Shown: positions 30,131 to 41,324, numbered from the stretch's first letter. The stretch: 64,000 nt of DNA from an uncultured Actinomycetota bacterium (GCA_963753435.1 CAVWCF010000001.1:96001-160000); one strand, 5' to 3'. Notes: generated from the sequence alone by a model not told the origin. Translations and numbers: made by a program.

Positions 30131-31671
30131 GTCGGCAGTCTCCGGACCTGCTGGCGGCGTTCGATCCCGAAGCCTCCTGCGCCCCCGACCTGGACACATT
30201 CCGCGAGCTCGCCGCGGACCGACGGGTGGTGCCGGTGGTGCGCCGACTGATCGTGGACGCCCTCACCCCGGTTGGCGTCTACGCCGCCCTGGCCGGTGAT
30301 CGACCGAACACGTTCTTGCTGGAGTCCGCCGAGCCGGACGGGGCGTTCAGCCGCTACTCGATAGTGGGCGCATCAGCGCCCGCGGTCTTGACCGAGCGCG
30401 ACGGCGCTGCGATCTGGTTGGGGACGCCACCGACTGGGGTGCCGCAGGGCGGCGACCCGTTGACCGTGCTGCGCGAAACGCTGGACTTTCTGCACACACC
30501 GCGATTCGCCGGTCTGCCGCCACTGACCGGCGGTCTCGTGGGCTTCCTGGCCTATGACGCCGTCCGGCGGTTGGAGCGCCTGCCCAGCCACGCCGAGGAC
30601 GACCTGAACCTGCCGGAGTTGGCCTTCCTGCTGGCCGTTGACCTGGCCGTGCTGGATCACTCCGATGGGAGTCTCCTGCTTATCGCCAACGCGGTGAACT
30701 GGGACAACAGTTCCAAGCGCATTGATGCGGCCTGGCGGGACGCCGTCTCGCGGCTCGATGCGATGGAGGCCGCGCTGGCTCAGCCGGTGCCGACGCACGC
30801 GGTCCGGCCACCGCTGGTGGCGCCGGAACCGCAGGTCCGGCGCCGGCGCAGCTCGACGGAGTACACGGCCGCGGTGGAAGAGGCGCGCGCGGCGATCGTT
30901 GCCGGCGAGGCGTTCCAGATCGTCATCTCGCAGCGGTTCGAGATGGAGTGCGGTGCCGACGCGCTGGACGTGTACCGGCGCCTGCGGGCCAGCAACCCCA
31001 GCCCGTACCTGTACTTGCTGCGGTTGGACGGGATGGACGTGGTCGGCTCCAGCCCAGAAGCATTGGTCAAGGTCGAAGGCGGACGCGCCCTGACCCGGCC
31101 GATCGCCGGAACCCGGTGGCGCGGCGCCACCCCGGCGGAGGACGCGCATCTGGCCGAGGAACTGCTGGCTGATGAGAAGGAGCGGGCCGAGCACCTGATG
31201 CTGGTCGACCTGGGCCGCAACGACCTCGGACGCGTCTGCCGGCCCGGTTCGGTCGAGGTGATCGACTTCATGACAGTCCGGCGGTACAGCCACGTCATGC
31301 ACATCGAGTCCACGGTCGTCGGGGACCTGGCCAAGGACTGCTCCGCTCTGGACGCGCTGCTGGCCTGCTTCCCGGCCGGCACGCTGTCCGGGGCCCCAAA
31401 GGTGCGGGCCATGGAACTCATCGATGAACTGGAACCGACGCGCCGCGGCCTCTATGGCGGCGTCGTCGGCTACGTGGATTTCGCCGGCGATCTGGATGCA
31501 GCCATCGCGATTCGGACTGCGGTCATTCGCGACGGGGTCGCCTATGTGCAGGCCGGCGCCGGGATCGTGGCTGATTCCGTCCCGGCCGCAGAGGACGCCG
31601 AATGCGCCAACAAGGCAGCGGCGGTCCTACGGGCGGTGGCCGCAGCCGAGTCACTTCGGCCCATCGGATGA
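30127..31671 (+). CDS. trpE: Anthranilate synthase component I
   Basis: [34 protein letters not shown] and [12 protein letters not shown] motifs. Confidence 0.96.
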   Translation: MSRQSPDLLAAFDPEASCAPDLDTFRELAADRRVVPVVRRLIVDALTPVGVYAALAGDRPNTFLLESAEPDGAFSRYSIVGASAPAVLTERDGAAIWLGTPPTGVPQGGDPLTVLRETLDFLHTPRFAGLPPLTGGLVGFLAYDAVRRLERLPSHAEDDLNLPELAFLLAVDLAVLDHSDGSLLLIANAVNWDNSSKRIDAAWRDAVSRLDAMEAALAQPVPTHAVRPPLVAPEPQVRRRRSSTEYTAAVEEARAAIVAGEAFQIVISQRFEMECGADALDVYRRLRASNPSPYLYLLRLDGMDVVGSSPEALVKVEGGRALTRPIAGTRWRGATPAEDAHLAEELLADEKERAEHLMLVDLGRNDLGRVCRPGSVEVIDFMTVRRYSHVMHIESTVVGDLAKDCSALDALLACFPAGTLSGAPKVRAMELIDELEPTRRGLYGGVVGYVDFAGDLDAAIAIRTAVIRDGVAYVQAGAGIVADSVPAAEDAECANKAAAVLRAVAAAESLRPIG

Positions 31672-32093
31672 GCGAGCGCCTGCGGCGTTGGGCGCCGGCC
31701 GGTGTGGTGCTGGCCGGAGCAGCTCTGGTCGGGCTCGGCGGACGGCCGTGGGCAGCAGAGTTGCCGGTGATCACGGCAGTCGGCTGGGCAGTTGCGGCGG
31801 CCGGGTTGTTGGCGTGGTTCGTGGGTGCCTTCCTGCGGCGGGCGGTGGGCGCGGTTGCTGCGGTCCTTCTGCTCCTGGCGCTCGGGGTGGCGGTGGGATC
31901 CGGTGGCGGCGCTTGGATGGTCGCGGCGGTGTTTGCCGCGATCCTCGGTCTGCTGTGCGCGGCTGCTCTCGTGACCCAAGCGCCGCCGCGTGGCCGCACC
32001 GGTGCCGCCGACGCCCAGGTCGATCCCTGGACAGCGCTGGATCGGGGCGAGGATCCGACCGCCGGGCCTGCGGCGAACCGGCAGCCGACCTGA
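31668..32093 (+). CDS. Trp-cluster-associated membrane protein (short form)
   Basis: Four TM segments; C-terminal [11 protein letters not shown] motif; follows trpE. Confidence 0.8.
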   Translation: MSERLRRWAPAGVVLAGAALVGLGGRPWAAELPVITAVGWAVAAAGLLAWFVGAFLRRAVGAVAAVLLLLALGVAVGSGGGAWMVAAVFAAILGLLCAAALVTQAPPRGRTGAADAQVDPWTALDRGEDPTAGPAANRQPT

Positions 32094-32164
32094 CACAATG
32101 ACCCGGCACAGAATGACGCAGCCAGCTCGGTAGCAGCCGAGCGAAGATCGGGGAGGGACGCAGC

Positions 32165-32377
32165 ATGGCCATTGAGCATGACAACCACGGACAGACCCCC
32201 GCGGCCTGGACAGCCGTCATCATCATCATGATCGGTTCGCTGGTCGGGGCGGTGTCGTTCCTGGTCGTCCAGCCGTGGCTGTTCTTCGTCGGCCTTGGGA
32301 TCTGCGTCGTGGGTGCGATCGTCGGCAAGGTCATGTCCATGGCCGGGATGGGCAAGCAGGGCGCGAACGCATCCTGA
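32165..32377 (+). CDS. HGxxPAAW family small membrane protein
   Basis: HGQTPAAW motif and two TM segments; GGAGG RBS. Confidence 0.9.
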   Translation: MAIEHDNHGQTPAAWTAVIIIMIGSLVGAVSFLVVQPWLFFVGLGICVVGAIVGKVMSMAGMGKQGANAS

Positions 32378-32434
32378 CAATCCCCTTACGTACTTCTGCG
32401 GCTTTCCGAACCGCCCCGCTGGCACGCTGAACCC

Positions 32435-33118
32435 ATGCCGGATACAGGCGCGCGCGGGCTGGTCCTGGTGGTTGAGGACGAGCGAGCCATCGCCGACCTG
32501 ATCCGGCTCTACCTAAGCCGCGAAGGCTTCGGTGTCCATGTGGAGTTCGACGGGCAGGCGGGGCTAACCGCCGCTCGGCGGCTGCACCCCGTGGCGATCG
32601 TCATGGACGTGGGCCTGCCGGGCCTGGACGGCGTGGAGGTGTGCCGGCAGTTGCGCGCCGGCGGCGACTGGACTCCGTTGATCTTCGTAACCGCTCGTGA
32701 CGACGAAGTGGACCGGGTCCTCGGGCTGGAGATCGGCGGGGACGACTACATCACCAAGCCGTTCAGCCCGCGCGAACTGGTGGCCAGGGTCAAGACCGTG
32801 CTGCGTCGGGGTGGGGTCGCCGGAGAACGCGAACCGCTTTCCGTCGGCGGTGTCGTTCTGGACCCGGAGCGCCGCACCGTCGCCGTGGCCGGCAAGGCGG
32901 TGCATCTCACTGCCACCGAGTTCGACCTCCTCGCGCAACTGATGCGGCGCCCCGGTCGCGTGTACTCCCGGGACGAACTGCTCAGCGAGGTTTGGGGTTA
33001 CGCCTCGGCCGCGGGCACTCGCACCGTTGATGTGCACGTAGCTCAGTTGCGGTCGAAGTTGGGACCAGACTGCCCGATCCGGACGGTGCGCGGTGTCGGA
33101 TACGCCATCGACGCGTGA
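32435..33118 (+). CDS. OmpR-family response regulator
   Basis: VVEDE, MDVGLPGLDG, DDYITKPFSPREL and RTVDVHVAQLRSKL...TVRGVGY motifs. Confidence 0.96.
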   Translation: MPDTGARGLVLVVEDERAIADLIRLYLSREGFGVHVEFDGQAGLTAARRLHPVAIVMDVGLPGLDGVEVCRQLRAGGDWTPLIFVTARDDEVDRVLGLEIGGDDYITKPFSPRELVARVKTVLRRGGVAGEREPLSVGGVVLDPERRTVAVAGKAVHLTATEFDLLAQLMRRPGRVYSRDELLSEVWGYASAAGTRTVDVHVAQLRSKLGPDCPIRTVRGVGYAIDA

Positions 33119-33119
33119 G

Positions 33120-34502
33120 GTGACCCCGACCCGCTCGGGGCTGGTCGTACGAGTTGTCGCCGCCACCGTCGCGGCGGCGGCGGTGGCCGGTCTCATGGCG
33201 GCCGGATTGCTGCTCGGCCAGGTGCGTGGGGCCGCGGTGCAGCAGGCCCAAGCGGCTTTGGCGCGGCAGGCGGATCTGGTCGCCTCCAGCGTCGAAGCCA
33301 CTGCCGGTGTTGGCGGGCCGACTCGGCCGATCCGGTTGGTGCGAGTGCTGGAGCAGCAGGGGGTAAACGCGTTCGTCCTCAGCGCTGACGGTCGAAAGCC
33401 GGCGCAGCTGAGCGAGGAGCAGGCGCAAACACTGCTTTCCGGCGAATCGGTGTCCGTCGTCAACAGCGACCAGGAACCCGAACTCTTGATCGAGGGGCGC
33501 CCGGTCTCCGGGGGCGCCATCGTGTTGACCCAACCGGTCACGGTCATCGCCGATGTGGCTGCGGAATCGCGGCGGCGAATCCTGATCGCGGTCCTGGTCG
33601 GGCTGGCGGGGGCATCCGTGATCGGCGTCGTGCTGGCCCGTTGGTTGTCGCGGCCGGTCCGCGACGCCGCGGCCGCGGCGAACGCGCTGGCGGCTGGTGA
33701 CCGTGAAGTTCGCTTGCCTACCGACGGGCCGCAGGAAGTCGCCGAACTCGGCATCGCCCTGAATCAACTGTCGGACGCGCTGCGGCTGAGCGAGGAACGC
33801 CAGCGCCAGTTCCTGCTGTCGATCAGCCACGAACTACGCACGCCGTTGACCGCCATCCGCGGGTACGCCGAGGCGCTGGCCGACGGCACCATCGCGCCGG
33901 AGTCGGTGATCGGTGTGGGCAGGACCCTGGAGTCCGAATCACAGCGGCTGGACCATCTGGTCTCCGACCTCTTGGACCTGGCGCGGTTGCAGGCGGACCG
34001 GTTCCGGCTGGATCTGGCCGATGTCGACCTGTCGGAGTTGATGCGGCAGGCCGCCACCGTCTGGCGCGACCGTTGTACCGCCGAGGGCGTGCTTGTCCGC
34101 GAGGAGATTGCTGCCGAGTTGATTGCCCGCACCGATGCCACGCGCTTTCGGCAGATAGTGGATGGGCTGGCAGAGAACGCGTTGCGCGTGACCCCCAGCG
34201 GCGCGCCGATCGTCTTGGCGCTGCGTGCGGTCGATTCCTGGGTGGAACTGGAAGTTCGCGACGGTGGGCCGGGTCTCAGCGACGATGATCTGCAGGTCGC
34301 TTTCGAGCGCGGCGTGCTCCACGACCGCTACCGGGGCGTACGACCGGTCGGAACCGGTCTGGGGCTGGCGCTGGTCGCGGGCCTGGCGCAACGCCTGGGG
34401 GGAACGGCGCGCGCTCAGCATGCCCCGGAGGGTGGCGCCTGCTTCACCGTGCGCCTACCGGTGGCCGCTCCGGCGGGCGAGTCACCAACACCTCGGACCT
34501 AG
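33120..34502 (+). CDS. HAMP-domain sensor histidine kinase
   Basis: Two TMs, HAMP, SHELRTPLT H-box, ENALR, DGGPG and GTGLGL boxes; start GTG 33120 (33093 alternative). Confidence 0.95.
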   Translation: MTPTRSGLVVRVVAATVAAAAVAGLMAAGLLLGQVRGAAVQQAQAALARQADLVASSVEATAGVGGPTRPIRLVRVLEQQGVNAFVLSADGRKPAQLSEEQAQTLLSGESVSVVNSDQEPELLIEGRPVSGGAIVLTQPVTVIADVAAESRRRILIAVLVGLAGASVIGVVLARWLSRPVRDAAAAANALAAGDREVRLPTDGPQEVAELGIALNQLSDALRLSEERQRQFLLSISHELRTPLTAIRGYAEALADGTIAPESVIGVGRTLESESQRLDHLVSDLLDLARLQADRFRLDLADVDLSELMRQAATVWRDRCTAEGVLVREEIAAELIARTDATRFRQIVDGLAENALRVTPSGAPIVLALRAVDSWVELEVRDGGPGLSDDDLQVAFERGVLHDRYRGVRPVGTGLGLALVAGLAQRLGGTARAQHAPEGGACFTVRLPVAAPAGESPTPRT

Positions 34503-34520
34503 CCACGGCATACTGCCGTC

Positions 34521-35006
34521 GTGGTCATGCACGCCCCTGCGGGTACCGACCGGACCGAATCCGGCCGTACCGGATCCGACCGGTCCGGAGCGAGGCTCGC
34601 CGGGCTGCGGCACCGAGCCTGGTTCGCCCCCGCGGCAACTGCTCTGGGCGTGGCAGCGGCACTGGGCTACGTGTCGGCAGTCGACCCCAACGAGCCTGGT
34701 CACTACCCCGGTTGCCCGCTTCAAGCCACCACCGGTCTCGATTGCCCCGGGTGCGGCGGTCTGCGCTGCGTGCATGCGCTGGTTCGTGGCGACGTCGCGG
34801 CGGCGGCCGACCAGAACCTGCTGGTGCTTTTGGCCCTGCCCCTGCTGGTAGTCGGCTGGGGCTACTGGCTGCTTCGCTCACTTGGTCGCATCAGCGCTGT
34901 TGCTTGGCCGCGCTGGATCGTGCCGGCGATTACGACTCTCCTGCTTGCGTTCAGCGTCGTGCGCAACATCCCGGCCGTGCCATTCCTCGGCTCCGGAGTC
35001 GGATAG
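34521..35006 (+). CDS. DUF2752 domain membrane protein
   Basis: CPLQATTGLDCPGCGGLR motif and FSVVRNIP end. Confidence 0.9.
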   Translation: MVMHAPAGTDRTESGRTGSDRSGARLAGLRHRAWFAPAATALGVAAALGYVSAVDPNEPGHYPGCPLQATTGLDCPGCGGLRCVHALVRGDVAAAADQNLLVLLALPLLVVGWGYWLLRSLGRISAVAWPRWIVPAITTLLLAFSVVRNIPAVPFLGSGVG

Positions 35007-35009
35007 CGG

Positions 35010-35477
35010 CTAGAAGACGCCGCCAACCAGGTTCGCGACCAGCAGCACCGCCCAGATCGCCAGCGCGACGATGGAGATGATCCGAGCCGCCTTGGCGTTG
35101 GTCTCACCGGGTGCGCCCGGCATCGACCGGTAGGCGTCGAGCGCCTGGCTGGACCAAATCAGGCTCAGGATCGCCAGCGGCGCACAGCAAATCAGCGACA
35201 CGATCGAGATGATCAGCGAGTTGGTCGCCTTCTTACGGGTCGCCTCTACGGCGGGATCCGGTCCGGGCATCCCGTAGCCACCCGGCATTCCCGGTGGCGG
35301 CGGCGGGGGCATGCCGGGGCCACCGCCGATGGGCGGAGGTGGGGGTGGCGGGGGAGGCGGGGTAGCCGGTCCGCCACCCATAGGCGGGGGCGGCGGGGGC
35401 GGAGGCGGAGTAGCGCCGGTCCCCTCGGGGCGTTCGCTTCCTTCGTCGCCCGGCGGGGGCGGGGGCATCGTGGTCAT
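35010..35477 (-). CDS. Proline-rich membrane protein with DUF4190/CD225(dispanin)-like C-terminus
   Basis: Poly-Pro tracts, then SLICCAPLAILSLIWSSQA and a second hydrophobic helix; GGGAGAGG RBS. Confidence 0.75.
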   Translation of the reverse strand: MTTMPPPPPGDEGSERPEGTGATPPPPPPPPPMGGGPATPPPPPPPPPPIGGGPGMPPPPPPGMPGGYGMPGPDPAVEATRKKATNSLIISIVSLICCAPLAILSLIWSSQALDAYRSMPGAPGETNAKAARIISIVALAIWAVLLVANLVGGVF

Positions 35478-35623
35478 GAACCTCTCCCGTGTCGGCACTT
35501 GCGCGGCAGGCTAGCGACTTAGGCCTGGTTCGGACGGACATTGCGCAACGACCCGCCGTGTCGGGCGGATCCTGACGTCGCGGATACCCTTCAACTCAAC
35601 CCCCAAGGACGCTGGGAGCCCGT

Positions 35624-36445
35624 GTGACCGTGCTCGACTCGATCCTGGCCGGCGTCCGCGAGGATCTGGCCCGACGCCAGGACACCACGCCAGCTGGCGC
35701 CGTGGCCGAGCGCGCGGCGGCGGCCCCCGGGCCGTTGGATGCTGTGGCCGCGCTCACCGCGCCCGGTGTATCCCTGATCGCGGAGGTCAAGCGGCGCAGC
35801 CCGAGCAAGGGTGACCTGGCTGAGATCGCCGACCCGGCCGGCCTGGCGTCGGCGTACGCCGAAGGCGGCGCTGCTGCGATCAGCGTCCTTACCGAGCAGC
35901 GGCGCTTCGGTGGTTCCTTGGCCGATCTGGACTCGGTGCGGGCGAGCGTCTCGGTGCCCTTGCTGCGCAAGGACTTCGTCGTCGACGAGTACCAGGTGGT
36001 CGAAGCTCGGGCACACGGTGCCGACCTGGTCCTGTTGATCGTTGCGGCGTTGTCAGACGAACGGCTGACCGCCCTGCTGGCCAGCATTCGCGATCTGGGG
36101 ATGACCGCCTTGGTCGAGGTTCACGATGAGGGCGAACTGCGCCGGGCCTTGGCTGCGGGTGCGGATCTGGTGGGAGTCAACGCCCGCAATCTGAAGACCC
36201 TGGAGGTCGACACCGCTGTGGTTGCGCGTCTCCTGCCGCTCATCCCGAACGGGGTGGTCAAGATCGCCGAGTCCGGCGTTCGTGGCCCGGAGGATGTGCG
36301 TCGCTACGCCGCCGCCGGCGCGGATGCGGTCCTCGTCGGTGAGGCACTGGTAACCGGTGCGGACCCGGCCGGTAGTGCGGCCGCCCTCGTGGCCGCGGGC
36401 GCGGTGGTGGCCGACGCGGTTACGTCGGCCGGGGAGCGGTTGTGA
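35624..36445 (+). CDS. trpC: Indole-3-glycerol phosphate synthase
   Basis: [29 protein letters not shown] and AESG motifs. Confidence 0.97.
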   Translation: MTVLDSILAGVREDLARRQDTTPAGAVAERAAAAPGPLDAVAALTAPGVSLIAEVKRRSPSKGDLAEIADPAGLASAYAEGGAAAISVLTEQRRFGGSLADLDSVRASVSVPLLRKDFVVDEYQVVEARAHGADLVLLIVAALSDERLTALLASIRDLGMTALVEVHDEGELRRALAAGADLVGVNARNLKTLEVDTAVVARLLPLIPNGVVKIAESGVRGPEDVRRYAAAGADAVLVGEALVTGADPAGSAAALVAAGAVVADAVTSAGERL

Positions 36446-37635
36446 CGGCGACGGCTCTCGGCCACTTCGGCCCATACGGCGGCCAGTTCGTCCCGGAGGC
36501 GCTGATGGCGGCGCTGGCCGAACTCGAGCGGGAGTTCATCGCCGCGCAGAGCGACCCGGACTTCGCCGCTGAGTTGACCGGCCTACTGACCGACTACACG
36601 GGTCGACCCAGCCCGCTGACCGACGTGCCCCGGTTCTCCGAGCATGCGGGTGGGGCGCGGGTCCTGCTCAAGCGCGAGGACCTGAACCACACCGGTTCGC
36701 ACAAGATCAACAACGTGCTCGGGCAGGCGCTGCTGACCCGGCGCATGGGCAAGACGCGCGTCATCGCCGAGACCGGTGCCGGTCAGCACGGCGTGGCCAC
36801 CGCGACCGCCGCCGCGCTGATGGGCCTGGAGTGCCTGGTCTACATGGGCGAGGAAGACACCCGACGGCAGGCCCTCAACGTTGCTCGCATGCGGCTGCTG
36901 GGCGCCGATGTCGTCCCGGTGACCGCGGGTTCGCGCACCCTCAAGGACGCCATGAACGAGGCCATGCGGGACTGGGTCACCAACGTGGAGAACACGCACT
37001 ATCTGATTGGGACCGTCGCTGGGCCGCATCCATTCCCCACGATCGTGCGGCGGTTCCACGAGGTTATTGGCATCGAGACCCGCGAGCAGGTACTGCAGCG
37101 GACCGGTCGGCTGCCGGACGCGGTGGCGGCATGCGTTGGTGGCGGGTCCAACGCCATCGGCATCTTCTCCGGATTCATCGATGACGCCGGCGTTCGGCTT
37201 ATGGGTTTCGAAGCCGGCGGCGACGGCGTGGACACCGGTCGGCACGCGGCCAGCATCACCGGGGGCAGCCCCGGGGTGCTGCACGGTGCGCGCTCGTACG
37301 TCCTGCAGGACGACATGGGTCAGACCATCGAAAGCCATTCAATCTCCGCCGGGCTGGACTACCCAGGCGTTGGGCCGGAGCACGCCTGGCTCGCCGACAC
37401 CGGCCGGGCGACCTACGAGCCGGTCACCGATGCCGAGGCGATGGAGGCGTTCGGACTGCTGTGCCGAACCGAGGGGATCATCCCGGCCATCGAGAGTGCC
37501 CATGCGCTGGCCGGGGCCCTGCGCGCCGGTCGGCAGCTGGGCGCGGGCTCGGTAATCGTCGTCAACCTCTCCGGGCGCGGCGACAAGGACGTGGACACCG
37601 CGGCCAAGTGGTTCGGCCTGATGGACAGCGAATGA
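36442..37635 (+). CDS. trpB: Tryptophan synthase beta chain
   Basis: [44 protein letters not shown] and LSGRGDKD motifs. Confidence 0.98.
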   Translation: MTATALGHFGPYGGQFVPEALMAALAELEREFIAAQSDPDFAAELTGLLTDYTGRPSPLTDVPRFSEHAGGARVLLKREDLNHTGSHKINNVLGQALLTRRMGKTRVIAETGAGQHGVATATAAALMGLECLVYMGEEDTRRQALNVARMRLLGADVVPVTAGSRTLKDAMNEAMRDWVTNVENTHYLIGTVAGPHPFPTIVRRFHEVIGIETREQVLQRTGRLPDAVAACVGGGSNAIGIFSGFIDDAGVRLMGFEAGGDGVDTGRHAASITGGSPGVLHGARSYVLQDDMGQTIESHSISAGLDYPGVGPEHAWLADTGRATYEPVTDAEAMEAFGLLCRTEGIIPAIESAHALAGALRAGRQLGAGSVIVVNLSGRGDKDVDTAAKWFGLMDSE

Positions 37636-38423
37636 GCCATCTCGCGGAATTGTTCGCGCGCACCCGCGCCGAAGGTCGTGCCGCCCTCATCGCCTATTTG
37701 CCGGCCGGGTTTCCCACGGTCGATGGCGCTGTCGACGCGCTGCACGCCATGACCAAGGCCGGCGTCGACGCCGTCGAGGTGGGGCTGGCCTACTCCGATC
37801 CCTTGATGGACGGTCCAACGATTCAGCGTGCGGTCGAGTCAGCCCTGGCCAACGGCGTAACCACTCCGGACGTGATCGCAACGGCGGGAGCGGTCGCTGC
37901 TACCGGGACTCCGGCGCTGGTCATGTCCTACTACAACCCGATCGAGCGGTACGGCCTGGAGCGCTTCGCCAACGAACTGGCGGCAGCAGGTGGCTCTGGG
38001 GTGATCACCCCGGATCTGACCCCCGAAGAGGCCGAGCCGTGGCTCGACGCGGCCGCCGCCGCGGGTCTGGACCCCGTGTTCCTGGTCGCACCGAGCAGCA
38101 CCGACGAGCGGTTGCGGATCGTTGCCGGGGTCACCCGCGGTTTCGTTTATGCGGCTTCCACCATGGGCGTGACCGGTGCCCGGACTTCGGTGGGGGAGCG
38201 GGCCGAGGCCCTGGTCGACCGGGTTCGCCGGGTCACCGATTTGCCAGTGTGCGTGGGGCTGGGCGTGAGCACCGCCGAGCAGGCTGCGGACGTCGCCCGC
38301 TTCGCCGACGGTGTGATCGTCGGTTCGGCCTTCGTGGACCGGATTCTGAACCGGCCCAACTGGATTGATTCGGTCGCGGAATTGGCCGCAGACCTGGCCG
38401 CGGGCGTGCGGGGCGCATCGTGA
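37632..38423 (+). CDS. trpA: Tryptophan synthase alpha chain
   Basis: [25 protein letters not shown] and DGVIVGSA motifs; ATGA overlap. Confidence 0.97.
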   Translation: MSHLAELFARTRAEGRAALIAYLPAGFPTVDGAVDALHAMTKAGVDAVEVGLAYSDPLMDGPTIQRAVESALANGVTTPDVIATAGAVAATGTPALVMSYYNPIERYGLERFANELAAAGGSGVITPDLTPEEAEPWLDAAAAAGLDPVFLVAPSSTDERLRIVAGVTRGFVYAASTMGVTGARTSVGERAEALVDRVRRVTDLPVCVGLGVSTAEQAADVARFADGVIVGSAFVDRILNRPNWIDSVAELAADLAAGVRGAS

Positions 38424-39133
38424 CGTCTGTAACTGTTGCCGCCTGGGCCGAACGCGGCCGGAACCGCATCGGTCCGGCCCGCCGTCACAGGGCCATGCGC
38501 GGTGCTGCTGGCTTCCTGGCGCTCGTGGGCGTCCTCGGGCTGACCGGATGCGCCGGTAGCAGTGCCTCGGCCGACAATCCCGCGGGCGTGCTCATCTCGG
38601 CGGAGTCAGACGGCGAATTCGCCGGATCCGAGTTGGCGCAGCCGTATCCGCTTCCGGATGTGGAGTTGACTGACACTCGCGGGGAGATCTTCAACCCGGC
38701 GACCGATGCCCAGGCCGGAGTCACTCTGGTCTTCTTCGGCTACACGCACTGTCCGGACATCTGCAACACCACTTTGGCCGACGTCGCCGCGGCGCTGCGG
38801 CGTGCCGACGATCAGGTGGCCGACGCAACGCAGCTGCTGTTCATCACCGTCGACCCGGAGCGCGACACGCCGCAGGTCGTCCGGGAGTACCTGGACCAGT
38901 TCGACAGCGCCTTCGAAGGGCTTACCGGCACGCCGGAGCAGGTCGCCGACACTGCGGCGGCACTCGGGGTGGCGCTGGAAGGGACCGTGCCAGTCGCCGG
39001 GGGCTACGAGGTGGAGCACGGGACCCAAGTGATCGGTTTCGACGCCGTGGGCGCCGGACGGCTCGTCTGGACCCAAGGGACTACGGTCGGCGACCTGCGT
39101 GACGACATCACCAGACTGGCGGAGGCGGCATGA
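38420..39133 (+). CDS. SCO1/SenC family copper-binding lipoprotein
   Basis: Lipobox LTGC; FFGYTHCPDIC; TVDPERDT; conserved His in YEVEHG. Confidence 0.92.
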   Translation: MTSVTVAAWAERGRNRIGPARRHRAMRGAAGFLALVGVLGLTGCAGSSASADNPAGVLISAESDGEFAGSELAQPYPLPDVELTDTRGEIFNPATDAQAGVTLVFFGYTHCPDICNTTLADVAAALRRADDQVADATQLLFITVDPERDTPQVVREYLDQFDSAFEGLTGTPEQVADTAAALGVALEGTVPVAGGYEVEHGTQVIGFDAVGAGRLVWTQGTTVGDLRDDITRLAEAA

Positions 39134-39717
39134 GCACGGCGATCGAGGTCGGCACGACCGATCGGATCAAGGGCAAACCGTGGCAGTTGTGGTTCAGCAC
39201 GCTGGCGCGGCTAGTCCTGGCCGGGGTACTGCTTGTCGCCGGTGGGCTCAAGGTCACCGACCCGGATCTTGCGGCCGCTGCGGTTCAGGCGTACCGAATC
39301 TTCCCGCCGGCCCTTGGCGAGATCATCGGCTATGGGCTACCGGTGGCCGAGATCGCCATCGGGATCCTGCTGCTCTTGGGGCTGGGCACCCGGCTCAGCG
39401 CCGTGATCACCGCGATCCTGATGGTGGCGTTCATCGCCGGGGTTGCCTCGGCCTGGGCCCGGGGGCTGCGCATCGACTGCGGCTGCTTCGGCGGCGGCGG
39501 CGACCTGGCCGAAGGCGTGGAAACGCAGTACGTCCAGGAAATCGTGCGGGACCTGCTGTTCCTGGGTCTGGCGATATGGCTCATTATCTTCCCTGGTAGC
39601 CGGTTCGCCTTGGACAAGTCCGGAGTCGCGGGAACGCACGACTCGGGCGTATTCGATGAGTGGGACGACGAAGCCGCAGCCGAAGGCGGCGGCGCTGACG
39701 AGGAGAGCAAGCCATGA
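39130..39717 (+). CDS. MauE/DoxX family redox-associated membrane protein
   Basis: Four TMs; AWARGLRIDCGCFG and EIVRD motifs. Confidence 0.9.
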   Translation: MSTAIEVGTTDRIKGKPWQLWFSTLARLVLAGVLLVAGGLKVTDPDLAAAAVQAYRIFPPALGEIIGYGLPVAEIAIGILLLLGLGTRLSAVITAILMVAFIAGVASAWARGLRIDCGCFGGGGDLAEGVETQYVQEIVRDLLFLGLAIWLIIFPGSRFALDKSGVAGTHDSGVFDEWDDEAAAEGGGADEESKP

Positions 39718-40464
39718 GCAGCCAGTCCAACAAGAGCCGCGAGAGCCGCCGCGACGCCCGGGACCGGCTCGCCGCACAGCGCGAAGCGCAGAAGTCCGCC
39801 GATGCTCGCCGGGAGCGGTTCTTCCGCATCGGGATCATCGCCGTGGTACTGATCCTGGTGGCCGGCATCACCGCGCTGATCGCGTGGAACAACCGAATCG
39901 CCTCGGACTTCGCTACGCCGCCGAGCGCACAGGAAGACGGCGCCTTGGTGTTCGGCTCCGGCGACACCCAAATGGCCCTCTTCGAGGACTTCCAGTGCCC
40001 CGCCTGCGCCCAGTTCGAGGCCGCCTCCGGGGACACCGTCCGCGAACTGACCGAGGCCAATGACACGACGACGCTCTACTACATCATGTCGTTCCTGGAC
40101 GCGAACTTGGGCAACGATGCGTCGGCCCGATCCGCCAATGCGGCCGCATGCGCGGACGTTGACGGCAAGTTCGTCGACTTCCACAAGACCGATGTATGCC
40201 AACCAGCCCGAAGTCGAGGGAACCGGCTGGACCGACGACGAACTGAAGTCGTTCGGCGCTCAGGTTGGCATTGAGGGCGACGCCAAGACCGAGTTCGACA
40301 CCTGCGTGGACGACCAGACATACAGCGAATGGGTTCGGTTGGTGACCAAGAGCAGCCGTGACCTGGGGGTGACCTCCACGCCGACGGTTCAGGTGAACGG
40401 TGAAGACATCCCGCGCGAGCAGTACACGCCGGAGGGTCTGCGCGAGGCGGTCGGAGCCCAGTAG
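39714..40464 (+). CDS. Membrane-anchored DsbA/MdbA-like thiol-disulfide oxidoreductase, +1 frameshift near 40188-40192
   Basis: TM anchor and FEDFQCPACAQFE in the first frame; MYANQPEVEG...GVTSTPTVQVNG (cis-Pro loop) in the second. Confidence 0.88.
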
Positions 40465-41324
40465 TGCTACCGCTGTCCATCCCCAGCCCCGAGCAGGCGG
40501 AGTGGCAGTTAGGACCGTTTCCGCTGCGCGCCTACGCGCTGGCGATCATCCTCGGCATCGTCGCGGCCATCTGGATCGGCGAGCGCCGGTGGCGCGCGCG
40601 CGGCGGTGAGCCTGGAGTCATCGGCGACATCGCCGTTTGGGCCGTGCCGTTCGGCATCATCGGCGGGCGGCTGTACCACGTGATCTCCGACGCCCAGTTG
40701 TACTTCTGCGACACGTGCCGGCCGGTCGAAGCGCTCTACGTGTGGCAGGGCGGCCTCGGCATCTGGGGTGCGATCGCGATGGGCGGGGTGGGCGCCTACA
40801 TCGGGGCCCGTCGCGCCGGCGTGTCCGTGCTCGCTGTCGGGGACGCGATCGCACCAGGCATCGCCGTGGCCCAGGCGATCGGTCGCTGGGGCAACTACTT
40901 CAACGTCGAACTGTTCGGGCGCCCGACAGATGTGCCTTGGGCCCTGGAGGTGCCGCTGGACAAGCGGCCTGAAGGCTACGAGCAGTTCGAGACCTTCCAC
41001 CCGACGTTCCTGTACGAGTCGTTGTGGATGCTGGTGGTGGCTGGGTTGCTGCTGCTCATCGAACGGCGTACCCGGCTTCGTCCCGGACAGTTGTTCTTCA
41101 CGTACATCGCGCTGTACTGCCTCGGCCGGTTCTTCATCGAGTACTTGCGCATCGACCCGGCCAACAGTTTCCTCGGACTTCGGCTGAACCTTTGGACTTC
41201 GGTGCTGGTCGGGCTGGGGGCGGTCGTGACGATCGTCTGGTTGGGTCGACGGCCAACTTCGGCTGCGGAGTCAGTAGAGAATTCGGACGCGGAGTCCACG
41301 GACCAGTCGGAGCAGGCATCGTGA
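40464..41324 (+). CDS. lgt: Prolipoprotein diacylglyceryl transferase
   Basis: GGRLYHV, WQGGLGIWGA, QAIGRWGNYFN and HPTFLYE motifs. Confidence 0.96.
   Translation: MLPLSIPSPEQAEWQLGPFPLRAYALAIILGIVAAIWIGERRWRARGGEPGVIGDIAVWAVPFGIIGGRLYHVISDAQLYFCDTCRPVEALYVWQGGLGIWGAIAMGGVGAYIGARRAGVSVLAVGDAIAPGIAVAQAIGRWGNYFNVELFGRPTDVPWALEVPLDKRPEGYEQFETFHPTFLYESLWMLVVAGLLLLIERRTRLRPGQLFFTYIALYCLGRFFIEYLRIDPANSFLGLRLNLWTSVLVGLGAVVTIVWLGRRPTSAAESVENSDAESTDQSEQAS

Noticed and set aside
35478-35623. trp attenuator or leader peptide upstream of trpC; TTGCGCAA palindrome
   Set aside because: No Trp-codon-rich short ORF or terminator found; an 8-bp palindrome alone is not significant.
3985-40193. Programmed frameshifting or pseudogenisation of murC, ftsZ, ddbA-like and dsbA
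   Set aside because: No slippery-site or stimulator pattern; two genes are essential; two indels sit in homopolymer or repeat tracts; no other decay. Sequencing error is the simplest explanation.
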